Position numbers and translations under genes: made by a program. Shown piece after piece: positions 9,279-18,581 of a DNA stretch of 61,774 bases (within the stretch, counting starts at the first letter, position 1; every line of letters starts with the position of its first letter). The notes beneath the pieces were generated by a model, which was given only the letters and a program-made list of their open reading frames with translations, did not search any database and was not told the origin of the DNA. The DNA is from Minisyncoccota bacterium (lineage in GTDB: Bacteria; Patescibacteriota; Minisyncoccia; Phycocordibacterales; UBA2100). Where the stretch lies: positions 1 to 61,774 of the forward strand of contig JAGOVW010000004.1 in the NCBI GenBank assembly GCA_018060545.1, written 5' to 3'.

Positions 9279-9737
9279 GTGGAGGACGGGTGCGAGCTCC
9301 AAATGAAAATCTTATTGTGAGTGCCGCCGCCCTCCACCCTGCGGACGACACGTACAAACTGTAGCATGCTAATCACTTCGAACCCGGGTACGCGTGTGCA
9401 TTGCATTATTCCCTACCAACCTCGTAGAGTGAGCTCCCGCAGAAGCCTCTGCAGCTCCGCCCTTTTCGCGTTTCTGTACTTCAAAACTCTGCTACCGCAG
9501 AGTGAAGTGAGTACGCAAACCCACGAGTCCTGCTGCGCAGTGCACGTGAGCACGGCTCGCTGTTCTCCACACGTACGAGCAAAGCTCGCGTGTGGAGCCT
9601 CTGCAGCTCCGCCCTTTTCGCGTTTCTGTACTTCAAAACTCTGCTACCGCAGAGTGAAGGTACGGAAACGCGAAAACCCGCCGAGACGGGTGTTCACGTA
9701 GATTTTCTTGGAGACGCCACATTGCAATGGCACCCAC
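9279..9737 (-). ncRNA. Candidate structured non-coding RNA of unidentified family
   Basis: Bounded by a strong promoter and a terminator; no credible ORF. Nested end-to-end stems: 9730-9735/9288-9293, 9708-9713/9297-9302, 9700-9707/9305-9312. Many internal hairpins. Confidence 0.45.
9444..9659. repeat. 64-bp perfect direct repeat (9444-9507 and 9596-9659) around an 88-bp hairpin-rich spacer
   Basis: agcctctgcagctccgcccttttcgcgtttctgtacttcaaaactctgctaccgcagagtgaag occurs twice with a 152-bp period. Confidence 0.9.
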
Positions 9738-9743
9738 ACAGAA

Positions 9744-9771
9744 AGTATAGCTCTCGCTATTTTTGCGTCAA
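9744..9771 (-). promoter_or_regulatory. sigma70-type promoter TTGACG-N16-TATACT
   Basis: Minus strand reads ttgacg caaaaatagcgagagc tatact, pointing into the non-coding 9.0-9.74 kb region. Confidence 0.65.
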
Positions 9772-9791
9772 GCTCAATAGCGCCCTCTTCC

Positions 9792-11987
9792 CTATTGCCC
9801 CAGCTTTGCAGTACCATTCTTCACCTCTTGAATGAGCGCCTGCGCTTGCTGTGCCACTGCTGGAATATCTATGGCGATCTGCTCAAGTGTTTCAATGGCT
9901 TTTGCTTTGTTTCCTGCTGCAAAATACGACGCGGCAACAGAGAGACGAGCCTGTACGTCCTGTGGATTAGCCTTGGCCTTGCTCTCCCACAGTGCCCCCA
10001 CAGCCGTGTAATTCTTGCGTGCTGCGTACGCGGCGATCACACGCTGGTCTGCAACCTCTGCCGTACCCATAAGTGGTGCCAACAGTTCTTCCGCCATCTT
10101 TTCGTTACCTGATTGAATGAGTGCCGCCGCGTACACCATGCGTGCATCGAGATACTTTGGCTCTAGTTCATATGCCTCCTTAAGATAATTCAGTGCCTCA
10201 TCGGTCTTTCCACGCGCATTTGCATTCATCGCCAACTGGAGGATAATCGCCTGCTTCTTAGGAGAGAGTGCACGAGCCTGCTCGAGTGCCGCCTTAGATT
10301 TGTCGTGCTGTCCATATGACGCGTAGAGAAGGCCCAAGAAAAGTGGGAATCGCGCATCAAGTGGTGCTGCGGCAATCTGTGTCTGCATCTCTTTTTCAGC
10401 CAACTCAAACAACTTTCCTTTCGCTTCAGGTGCAAGGTTCGTGTTCCCTGCAGCGCGCGCAGCAATCTGCACCAGCTGTTCACGCGCCTCCTGTGTGCCT
10501 ACGGAACCGTACTCGACTGCCTTTGCAAAGGCAGCGATGCTGGCATCAGGTGACCCCTGCTGCTGGAGAGCCGCAATAAGTGCACGGTTCTGCGTGAGCG
10601 GAGCTGCGTTTACGCCCCACGCAGTGCCCCACAACACCAGCACCGCCACGCCCGCTGCTGCAGGAAGAAACTTCCATGGCAACGCTTTTTCAAACAATGG
10701 CTGCGCATTACGGGCATCTGCTACGCGATAGGCAATGAACCCGAGGGTGAAGATAAAGAACATGTAGCTCGTGATGTTGTCGAACACGAAGATGTTGTTG
10801 AATGTGTACGCAGCCAAAAGGCCCGTGAGCATACTGCGCTCTGCAATCGAGAACGCGCCACTCATCCACACACCCCACAGAGCAGCTAAGAAAATACTTA
10901 CGTAGGCAAGGAAGCCGAGGATACCTCCAGCAATCAACCAATCGAATACAATGTTGTGCACTCGATCAAACCACGGTTCTTGGCCGTACATTTTTGGATC
11001 ATAGTACTTGTTGAACACCACGTTGTAACCTTCCTGACCCCACCCCAAAAGCGGCCGCTCCTTCACACCCTGCAGGGCCATCTGGTAGTTCATAAAGCGC
11101 GATGCTACCGTCCCATCTGAAAGAGAAATATCAGCCAAGCGCTTGAGTGGCTCTACCGATTGCACTAGTGCGGTATTTTTTGCCATAAAGAACCCTCCGA
11201 CCATGAGCGCGATAACAGCGATCACACCGGCACTTGCGCGCCATGCATTGCGCGAGTCACGAGCAAGCAATACCAGAAGAATTGCTGAGAGAAGTGCGCC
11301 ACCCAAAAGCCCCAAGATGGCACCACGAGTTGCTGTAAAGAACAGTATGGTTGTCTGGAGCACCATAATGGATCCGTACATAAGCCCTGTTCCCCACTTT
11401 GCAGCACCTTCGCGCCATGCCTTTTCCCACATCATGGCTGTAAAGAACACATGGAAGAGCATGTACACCGCGAGGTAGGTGGCATTACCGAATGTTGCAT
11501 CCAAACGCACACCACCCTGATTGATGGTGATAAAGCCTGCAAGCTGGAACACCCCATAGAGCCCTGCCAAAACAGACACACCGATTGATGTGTGAAACAA
11601 ACGACGCCAGAGCGTCTCTGTGGTAAGTACACTGTAAGAAACGGCGAGAAACACGAGGAGGTGTGCGAGCGTTACCCACCCTTCCATGCGTTCGTAGTTG
11701 CTCCAGAAACTCTTGAATGTGTTTACTCCAAAAGCATCAGCAATACCAATAATGAGCACAAACAGCGCGAACGCGCCCAAGAGAAGGCTCTTGCGCGGGC
11801 GATACAGTGGCGAAATCACCGCAAGTGCGAGCCATGCTGCGGCGATGATTTCCACAATGATGCGGAACGAAAAGTTCTTCCCGGTAATGAACGGAAAGAA
11901 GAGTGTATTGGCTACAAACAGAGGAATAAATGGGATCGCGAAAATGCCGGCTAATACAACTCCGCGGAGGATTTTTTCTAATGTCAT
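9792..11987 (-). CDS. O-antigen ligase/Wzy_C family membrane protein with C-terminal TPR-like region (possible O-oligosaccharyltransferase)
   Basis: Many TM segments; R...ATFGNATY, T.TRGAILG, RPLLGWGQEGY, DRVHNIVFDWL motifs; TPR-like helical C-terminus. Start MTLEKIL (TACAAT-7nt-ATG). Confidence 0.8.
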   Translation of the reverse strand: MTLEKILRGVVLAGIFAIPFIPLFVANTLFFPFITGKNFSFRIIVEIIAAAWLALAVISPLYRPRKSLLLGAFALFVLIIGIADAFGVNTFKSFWSNYERMEGWVTLAHLLVFLAVSYSVLTTETLWRRLFHTSIGVSVLAGLYGVFQLAGFITINQGGVRLDATFGNATYLAVYMLFHVFFTAMMWEKAWREGAAKWGTGLMYGSIMVLQTTILFFTATRGAILGLLGGALLSAILLVLLARDSRNAWRASAGVIAVIALMVGGFFMAKNTALVQSVEPLKRLADISLSDGTVASRFMNYQMALQGVKERPLLGWGQEGYNVVFNKYYDPKMYGQEPWFDRVHNIVFDWLIAGGILGFLAYVSIFLAALWGVWMSGAFSIAERSMLTGLLAAYTFNNIFVFDNITSYMFFIFTLGFIAYRVADARNAQPLFEKALPWKFLPAAAGVAVLVLWGTAWGVNAAPLTQNRALIAALQQQGSPDASIAAFAKAVEYGSVGTQEAREQLVQIAARAAGNTNLAPEAKGKLFELAEKEMQTQIAAAPLDARFPLFLGLLYASYGQHDKSKAALEQARALSPKKQAIILQLAMNANARGKTDEALNYLKEAYELEPKYLDARMVYAAALIQSGNEKMAEELLAPLMGTAEVADQRVIAAYAARKNYTAVGALWESKAKANPQDVQARLSVAASYFAAGNKAKAIETLEQIAIDIPAVAQQAQALIQEVKNGTAKLGQ

Positions 11988-12033
11988 AGGGGGCATTGTA
12001 GCAGGCCGGCAGCCACCCTGCCAAAGGGAGCCT

Positions 12034-13110
12034 TTATGCGGCATTAGGGGGCATCGTCGCTTTCAGGGCAGGCAGTACTTCCGCGAAAAAGCGGTCGTAG
12101 CGCAGGTGCTCGGCAAAAGCCTTGCGTGCAGCGCGCTGCATGTTGGCAAAAGATTCGTCGGTGAGAGTTGCATAGAAATCGTGCACTATCTCGCCCAAAC
12201 GATGCACTTCGGTGTGCGGCACCCGCAAAATGAATTTCGAATAGTCCAGTGCATTTTCAAGCGGCAGCACCATATCGGTATCAATGAGTATTGGAATACG
12301 ACCCAAGGAGAGTGCTTCATAAAAACGTGCCGAGTAGTTCCCATCACCCTTCGGTGCGAGTACAAAATCTGAATCGAGCATGTTTTGGATGTACTCCGCC
12401 CGCGCCTGCGTGGGATCAACCTTGGTTGTTGCCGCATTGCCGCCAAATGAGTCGCGGATGATGAAGTTGGTTTTAACACGCGCATCATGACTAAGCACCT
12501 CCATCGCCCACCGCCGAAAGAAAATACCTCGCTTGTATACTAAATGCTGCGGATTGTGCGTCATAAACGCCAGTACGTCCAGAAGCACATTCTTAACCAA
12601 GTACCTCACTATAGTTTTTGTATTCGGAAACCCCGCGTACCCACAAAACCCAACTATAGGCTTTGCACTCTTCTTTCGAATGGACACCTCCCTCCCTTCG
12701 CCTAAGTCTTCCACATATCCTGGGAAAATAATCTCATTAGGTTCAATAGACTTCCTATATTCAGTACCCTTGAAAGCAACCACATATTCTCTGCGCACAT
12801 GCGTTTTGTGCGCTAAATCTCCTCCAATGAATAGATATGTCGGCTTCCCTACGTTTTGCGCCTGGGTATAGACTGATTCAAAATATCGATTCCAGACCTC
12901 ACTAGGTCGCTTCATTGCCTGGGGCACCAACACAGCGTCCGCCTCCTCAAGCTGCGATGTGAACGTAATGGCAGAAAGATCCCAGTCACTTGGCAAACCT
13001 TTAAAGAGCAGAGGTTCTAGGTCCCCGCCCTGAGTCGCATGTGTGCGTACAATCCGAATCGAAGGTTTATGAGGAGCAAAAGGGGCCGCTAGATACAGAC
13101 GTATTCCCAT
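12034..13110 (-). CDS. Exostosin-family (GT47-like) glycosyltransferase
   Basis: SDFVLAPKGDGNYSARFYEALSLGRIPILIDTDMVLP. Start may extend to 13134. Confidence 0.8.
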   Translation of the reverse strand: MGIRLYLAAPFAPHKPSIRIVRTHATQGGDLEPLLFKGLPSDWDLSAITFTSQLEEADAVLVPQAMKRPSEVWNRYFESVYTQAQNVGKPTYLFIGGDLAHKTHVRREYVVAFKGTEYRKSIEPNEIIFPGYVEDLGEGREVSIRKKSAKPIVGFCGYAGFPNTKTIVRYLVKNVLLDVLAFMTHNPQHLVYKRGIFFRRWAMEVLSHDARVKTNFIIRDSFGGNAATTKVDPTQARAEYIQNMLDSDFVLAPKGDGNYSARFYEALSLGRIPILIDTDMVLPLENALDYSKFILRVPHTEVHRLGEIVHDFYATLTDESFANMQRAARKAFAEHLRYDRFFAEVLPALKATMPPNAA

Positions 13111-13124
13111 AGCAACACAGTTGA

Positions 13125-15095
13125 TTAAAACCACTTCTCAAGACGCTCGAGCGCGATCCAGAACCCTTCTCCTCCATTTTCGTGCCCTTGCCATATTTCA
13201 GGAATAAACCCGGCAGCGGGAGCTGCCCTCTGCAAATCATAAGAAAGTTGCTTAAAATCAAGAGTGCCTTCTCCGATCTGCAGCCCCTCCTCTCCCACAC
13301 CTGCCCCATCAACGACGTGTAAGTAGGCAATATGGGGCCCAAGCGCTGTCACAAATTCGGTCATTGTTCGACTTAAGTGATTCGCGGCAAGGAAGGAGTG
13401 CGACGTGTCAAAGCACAGTCGATACCCATAGCGAGCACAAAAACGAGCGGTGTCCTCGGGGTCCAAAAAGAGATTGTGGAACATCTGACCTCCCAAGAGC
13501 CATGGATATGGAGGCATGGTTTGAATAATAATTTCAACTCCCTCTTGGGCTACCTGGGACAAGCTGTCTGCTACCCGTGCATACAGTACATCTCGATCTC
13601 CAGGTTTAAGTGGGGCGTGCTTGGTGAACCCGCCCACGTTCACAATAATCATCGGCTTTTTGGTCTTCGGAAACGACTCTTTGAGTATGCGAGTGTGGTC
13701 CACGCAGCGTTGTAAGTTTGCAATCGACAACTGGCGGTAAGCATCATCTTCTGAAGCCAAGTCTAGGATGTGATCATTTTCAAATGTTTCTACCCCATGC
13801 ACCACGAGCCCCACATCGTACACACCTTCGCACATTTTTCGTGGATCGAGCCCCAAGTCACGATAGCTCATGTGAAACTCCAAGAAATCAAAATTTGATT
13901 TCCCAAGCATAGTTTTAAAATCATGAAAGCGGACAGGTATCCCGAATGGGCGCTTGAAAGAATAGTTTCTCGGGAGCACAACTTTGTCGAGCAAGTCTGT
14001 TGGATAAAAGACATCTCCCTCCTTCACGTCACGCCGCGACAACCGCCCAATGAGATTACCTTTTTTGTGCGGTTGAAGACCACGCCCAGGACTTTTAATA
14101 GACACCATGTCTTCTGTGATACGTTCACCTTTTTTAACAGCACGTGTTGCCACGAGACTCTTCGCAAGGTTGGCGCGGTTCATACGCTCCCCTTGGGTCA
14201 TTGAACGTTTGGTGTGCGTGCCAATCGATGCTTCGACTTGGCGAATCGCTTCTACCATCTCACGGAACTCTTCAGGGAGCAGTGACGCTTTGTGGTCAGT
14301 GCCTTCCATATCACGATCTATAGTGATGTGCTTTTCTACAATCTTTGCTCCGCGTGCAACTGCGGCTACTGCAACGTGCACTCCACGCTCGTGACCAGAG
14401 TAGCCATAGAGCGCGGTGCCGAGCTTATCCATGAGCTGCAGCTGAATATCCTGAAATGGGGCTGGGTAGGTTGAATTACAATGCATGAGAACATACTTCG
14501 CACCCAGGCGTCGCAAGAGCCGGTTCGCGTCTCCAATCTCTTGTTCGTCAGCCATTCCGGTTGAGACAATGACTGGCTTTTTTGTGCTCACCAACGCTTG
14601 AAGCAATTCGTGGTTTGTCAGATCCGGTGAGCCCACTTTATACGCATCTACACCATACTCTTCGAGACGCCGTGCACTTACCACGTCGAATGGTGTACAA
14701 AGTGGAAACACACCACGCTCTTTCGCGTAGTCCATAAGCGCAAATACCTGCTCGGGTTTTAAGTCAACTTTTGAAAGTAGGTCAAGTGAGTACTGCGTGG
14801 TGAGGTTAACACTCGCATCACTCGAGTTCTGTGTCACATACAAACTCGGAAGATCGCGGAGCTGGAACTTGACGCAATCCGCACCGGCTTCCACGGCCTT
14901 ATCAATTAGAGTTCGGGCCAACTCGGGATCACCGTTGTGATTAATGCCAATTTCAGCAATGACAAAGACGGGCTCGTTTTGTCCCACATACCGCGTCCCA
15001 AATTTTATGCGCCTAGGAGGCCCCAGTAATACACTCTGGGCTCGTCGCCAGAATGTGCCGACTTTCTTGCGCACCGCGTTTAGAACACCAGACAT
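13125..15095 (-). CDS. neuB: N-acetylneuraminate synthase family (NeuB) + SAF + C-terminal xylose-isomerase-like TIM barrel
   Basis: VIAEIGINHNGD, CVKFQ, YSGHE, VEKHIT; SAF-like KSLVATRAVKKGERITEDMVSIKSPGRG; C-terminal CFDTSH and LHVVDG. Confidence 0.88.
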   Translation of the reverse strand: MSGVLNAVRKKVGTFWRRAQSVLLGPPRRIKFGTRYVGQNEPVFVIAEIGINHNGDPELARTLIDKAVEAGADCVKFQLRDLPSLYVTQNSSDASVNLTTQYSLDLLSKVDLKPEQVFALMDYAKERGVFPLCTPFDVVSARRLEEYGVDAYKVGSPDLTNHELLQALVSTKKPVIVSTGMADEQEIGDANRLLRRLGAKYVLMHCNSTYPAPFQDIQLQLMDKLGTALYGYSGHERGVHVAVAAVARGAKIVEKHITIDRDMEGTDHKASLLPEEFREMVEAIRQVEASIGTHTKRSMTQGERMNRANLAKSLVATRAVKKGERITEDMVSIKSPGRGLQPHKKGNLIGRLSRRDVKEGDVFYPTDLLDKVVLPRNYSFKRPFGIPVRFHDFKTMLGKSNFDFLEFHMSYRDLGLDPRKMCEGVYDVGLVVHGVETFENDHILDLASEDDAYRQLSIANLQRCVDHTRILKESFPKTKKPMIIVNVGGFTKHAPLKPGDRDVLYARVADSLSQVAQEGVEIIIQTMPPYPWLLGGQMFHNLFLDPEDTARFCARYGYRLCFDTSHSFLAANHLSRTMTEFVTALGPHIAYLHVVDGAGVGEEGLQIGEGTLDFKQLSYDLQRAAPAAGFIPEIWQGHENGGEGFWIALERLEKWF

Positions 15096-15145
15096 GTAAC
15101 CACTCTACCTGAGAAACTTCAGATTGTCAGTTGTTTGAGTGACGC

Positions 15146-17074
15146 CTATTTCAAGGAGTTTCTAAAAATTTGAGCAAGACTCACACGATCAAATCGGTGA
15201 TATTCGAGCACCTCCTGATTCTGTCCACACAGGGGAATCTCGGTCACTCCGTGGAGCGTAATGCGCGTATCAAGCCCCAAGCGCCCCACCGCAGCTGCCA
15301 GATGTTCACCAAGTCCACCTTTCACGTAATGGTTATCGAGCACAATAATGCGAGAAAATCGCTTGGCAATCTCGGTAAACCAGGCGTCGTCTAGTCGATT
15401 GAGCCATGGCATGTTGTACACAGCAACCGAGGTACCTTGCTTCTCCATTTCGTCCGCAGCGGCATACGCCTCCGTCGTCATGATGGGACCGTAGGCAATC
15501 ACCGCAAGATCTTTACCCTCTTTGAGGCACGTTCCGACACCCACAGCATCCAAGGAGTGTGCTGGTGTCTTGAATGGGATATTCCACGGAACACTCACCA
15601 GGCGAATGTAGGTACTGTGTACGTTCTTGTGGAGCGCATACTCCACCGCACGCATCACCTCACCCTCGTCAGTTGGTTCGACAACAACCAGTTCAGGGTG
15701 CGCACTCATAATAGCGATGTCGCGTACTGATTGATGTGAGTGACCTGGCATTCCCGGCAGAATCCCTGCAAGCCCTCCCATGTAGACCACCTTAGTGTGC
15801 TCCGTTGCATTATTGTACATCTGCTCGTTTGCGCGTGGTGTCATGAAGCATGCAAACGAATTCACGACTGGGGTAATCCCTTCAAGCGCCAAGCCACCAG
15901 CGAACGAAACCATATCTTGCTCTGCAATCCCGGCTTGTATATAGCGATTAGGATACTTGTACTTAAACGGTAGCAGCCCAAGATCCTTGGTTAGATCTGC
16001 ATCCATGACCATGAAATCTTTACTCTTCCCTCCCTCCGCTACAAGCGCATCACCGTACGCCTTAATGAGGCTTTGTGAACCTGTTGTTTGTGGGCGCGCA
16101 TGCAACACTTCTTCTTCCGTGAGTAACATCCCTGCCTTTTGTTTCTTTAAAAGATTGTTTATGTCAGCAACAAGATGTTTCACCGCTGCTGCATACATTT
16201 CAGGACTCAGTGCCCCGCTATGAAAGTTGTAGATACCTTTTGCGTCAACTTTTTCCATGAATGGGACCCCTTTGCCTTTTACCGTATCGGCAATGATTAC
16301 TTGCGGACGCTTCTTCTCTTTACGTGTCGCCGCAATCACTTTCGCAAGCGCCTTCATGTTGTGTCCATCCACGCGATACACTTTCCAACCAAACGCCGCA
16401 AACTTTGCTTCCAAGTCACCCAAATCGCTCGTATCTTTTACCCAGGTATCCGACTGGATTTTATTATGATCCACAATCGCCACGATGTTTGCGTATCCGT
16501 GGTTTGCGGTCGGTTGTAGCGACTCCCAGAACTGCCCTTCCTGCAATTCACCGTCACCAGTGAGCACGAAGAAGGTGCCGGCTCTTTTCTGCGCACGATA
16601 TGCCTTGGCCATGCCACGCGCTTTTGAAATACCCATACCAAGAGACCCTGTGTTTGTTGGGATGTGCTCGGTACCTACATCAGGGTGCCCCGGCAACCCT
16701 CCCTGGCGTCGCAATCCCTCTATCAGCGAGTACGGCAACTTGCCCAACCCGATGAGCGCCGCATAGAGTGCTGGTGCATCGTGTCCTTTTGATGAGAAGT
16801 ATACGTCTGCGATTTTTGCATCAGAATTTGGATTTTTCAGCACCTCGCTCCACAAGTACGTCACTATGTCGAGTGAGCTCATGCAGGTCCCAATGTGCCC
16901 TGACCCAGCGGTCTGAATCATGTACAACGTATTGAGTCGGTTGATGTGCGCCAGCACAGCCGCGCGCTCCAACGGCTTTTTTATAACTTTCCGAATGCGG
17001 CTAATTTCAGTCAGCGGAACCCGTACACGCATGTAGCCCTCTTGTGCTGTTTTTGTGAATGTTGCTTCTCCCAT
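15146..17074 (-). CDS. Transketolase/DXS-like TPP-dependent enzyme (fused N, pyrimidine-binding and C domains)
   Basis: GSGHIG, SKGH, GHPD, TGSLGMG, TPP motif GDGELQEG...N, GIAEQ. Confidence 0.88.
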   Translation of the reverse strand: MGEATFTKTAQEGYMRVRVPLTEISRIRKVIKKPLERAAVLAHINRLNTLYMIQTAGSGHIGTCMSSLDIVTYLWSEVLKNPNSDAKIADVYFSSKGHDAPALYAALIGLGKLPYSLIEGLRRQGGLPGHPDVGTEHIPTNTGSLGMGISKARGMAKAYRAQKRAGTFFVLTGDGELQEGQFWESLQPTANHGYANIVAIVDHNKIQSDTWVKDTSDLGDLEAKFAAFGWKVYRVDGHNMKALAKVIAATRKEKKRPQVIIADTVKGKGVPFMEKVDAKGIYNFHSGALSPEMYAAAVKHLVADINNLLKKQKAGMLLTEEEVLHARPQTTGSQSLIKAYGDALVAEGGKSKDFMVMDADLTKDLGLLPFKYKYPNRYIQAGIAEQDMVSFAGGLALEGITPVVNSFACFMTPRANEQMYNNATEHTKVVYMGGLAGILPGMPGHSHQSVRDIAIMSAHPELVVVEPTDEGEVMRAVEYALHKNVHSTYIRLVSVPWNIPFKTPAHSLDAVGVGTCLKEGKDLAVIAYGPIMTTEAYAAADEMEKQGTSVAVYNMPWLNRLDDAWFTEIAKRFSRIIVLDNHYVKGGLGEHLAAAVGRLGLDTRITLHGVTEIPLCGQNQEVLEYHRFDRVSLAQIFRNSLK

Positions 17075-17122
17075 ATCTGCCCACTATCTCATGGGTAAAG
17101 TGTGGGCGCAATAATGACCAAA

Positions 17123-18565
17123 TTAGGAGTCAACACTGACCTGTTGCCAGTTTGCGTAAAAATCAAGCGCAGTCACCCCTGGTTCGCGCCACCCATTCCC
17201 TGAAAGACCGGGACCACCAAACGGCATGTGCGGTTCGCTACCAAAAGTCGGCCCATTAATGCGAACTACGCCAGCGCGATATTCTCGCGCAAATTTCTTC
17301 GCCACATCCAGAGTACGTGTGTGAATTGCGCTCGAAAGACGGTAAGGCGAATCCTTCGCGAGACGCAACGCCTCATCGTAGCCAGAGACTTTGCGGAATA
17401 TCACGACCGGACCAAATAATTCCTGCCTCCATAAAGGGTCGGTCTCTTTTACATTCTCAAGTACCGTTGGTTGCATAAAATACCCTTGGTCCCCATTGCG
17501 CTTTCCACCAAGCGCGATAGTAACGCCGCGGTTCTGCGATTCCTGGACAGCAGCCAGCAAGGCGTTGAGTCGCTCTTCACTAATCAGAGCCCCCATATCC
17601 GCATCACCAACACCGATACGCATCGCCCGTGCTTTTTCAATAAAGGCTTGCTTGAATGTGTCATAGACTCCTTCGTATATCAGGAACCGGCTCGCAGCGG
17701 CGCAGCGTTGTCCGCTATCCACAAACGCAGAGGCGACTGCAAAGTTTACGGCCAGCAGTAGATCTGCATCGTCACATACTATAAATGGATTCTTACCACC
17801 TGCCTCAATGGAAACTTTTGCGAGCCGTGGTGCACTCGCCTCAACGATTCTTGCCCCAGTCGATGACGAACCTGTAAAGGATATGAAAGAGACGTCAGCG
17901 TGCGATGCAATTAAAGCGCCGATTCCTGCACCCGTACCTTGCAGGACATTGAATACTCCATCAGGCACTCCTGCGTCTTTGAGTACCTGTGCAAACCACA
18001 CAGGAATATATGGTGTAAGTTCGTGCGCCTTCAAGATTACTGCATTCCCGCACAAGAGCGCCGGAAACGTTTTTGCAGCAATCTGAGCCAGTGGAGTGTT
18101 AAACGGTACATACAGTGCACCGACACCTACAGGCGCACGCACTAGCTCCACCGTTCGCCTCGGATGAGAAGTTGGTAGTGGTATAGGCTCAAAACGAGCC
18201 AATTCTCCTGTAAAATAAGTTCCCGAAACGCTCGCCCCGCCAACCTCCCCCATCACTTCCGCATCCGGCCGCCCACACTCCTGCGCGATGATACTAGCGG
18301 CCTCTTGCGCACGCTCTTTAATGAGTTCAGCAGCTTTCTTCAGTATCAAAGCACGTTCTGACAATGGAGTAGCTGCCCAAAGGGGAAAGGCATCTGACGC
18401 AGATGTCAGAGCGCGCGCAAGTTCACTCTCGCCTGCAGCGGCCACATCCGCCAATTTTACACCGGACGCTGGCGCATATTTCTCCTGACTGGGCCCAGAT
18501 CCAGCTACAGCACCTCCTCCAATCCATGACTGAACTGTTTTCGGGTACTGGTGCATAGTATGCAT
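17123..18565 (-). CDS. Aldehyde dehydrogenase
   Basis: FTGSSSTG, EAGGKNP (catalytic Glu), SGQRCAA (catalytic Cys), ELFGPV. Confidence 0.92.
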   Translation of the reverse strand: MHTMHQYPKTVQSWIGGGAVAGSGPSQEKYAPASGVKLADVAAAGESELARALTSASDAFPLWAATPLSERALILKKAAELIKERAQEAASIIAQECGRPDAEVMGEVGGASVSGTYFTGELARFEPIPLPTSHPRRTVELVRAPVGVGALYVPFNTPLAQIAAKTFPALLCGNAVILKAHELTPYIPVWFAQVLKDAGVPDGVFNVLQGTGAGIGALIASHADVSFISFTGSSSTGARIVEASAPRLAKVSIEAGGKNPFIVCDDADLLLAVNFAVASAFVDSGQRCAAASRFLIYEGVYDTFKQAFIEKARAMRIGVGDADMGALISEERLNALLAAVQESQNRGVTIALGGKRNGDQGYFMQPTVLENVKETDPLWRQELFGPVVIFRKVSGYDEALRLAKDSPYRLSSAIHTRTLDVAKKFAREYRAGVVRINGPTFGSEPHMPFGGPGLSGNGWREPGVTALDFYANWQQVSVDS

Positions 18566-18581
18566 ACTTCCATGCTAAGCC

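Noticed and set aside
8858-9406. 182-aa minus ORF with repeated NKTTADEAVVL, and overlapping plus ORFs
   Set aside because: The peptide repeat is just the translated hairpin repeat; the frame crosses two terminators and has no protein-like features.
9444-9659. CRISPR array
   Set aside because: Only two 64-bp repeats with an 88-bp structured spacer; wrong sizes and no cas genes.
9073-9720. tmRNA, standard or permuted (GGGGGCG at ~9077-9083; CGTCTCCA/GTCCTCCA ends)
   Set aside because: No canonical T arm, no convincing tag reading frame, and the order/spacing of acceptor strands fits neither form. Left as unidentified RNA pending cmscan.
9279-9737. RNase P, SRP, 6S or group I intron identity
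   Set aside because: GAGGAAAGUCC/ACAGAACCCGGCUUA, the SRP helix-8 CAGG-GGAA-AGCAG motif and group I P7 elements are absent; only fragmentary resemblance.
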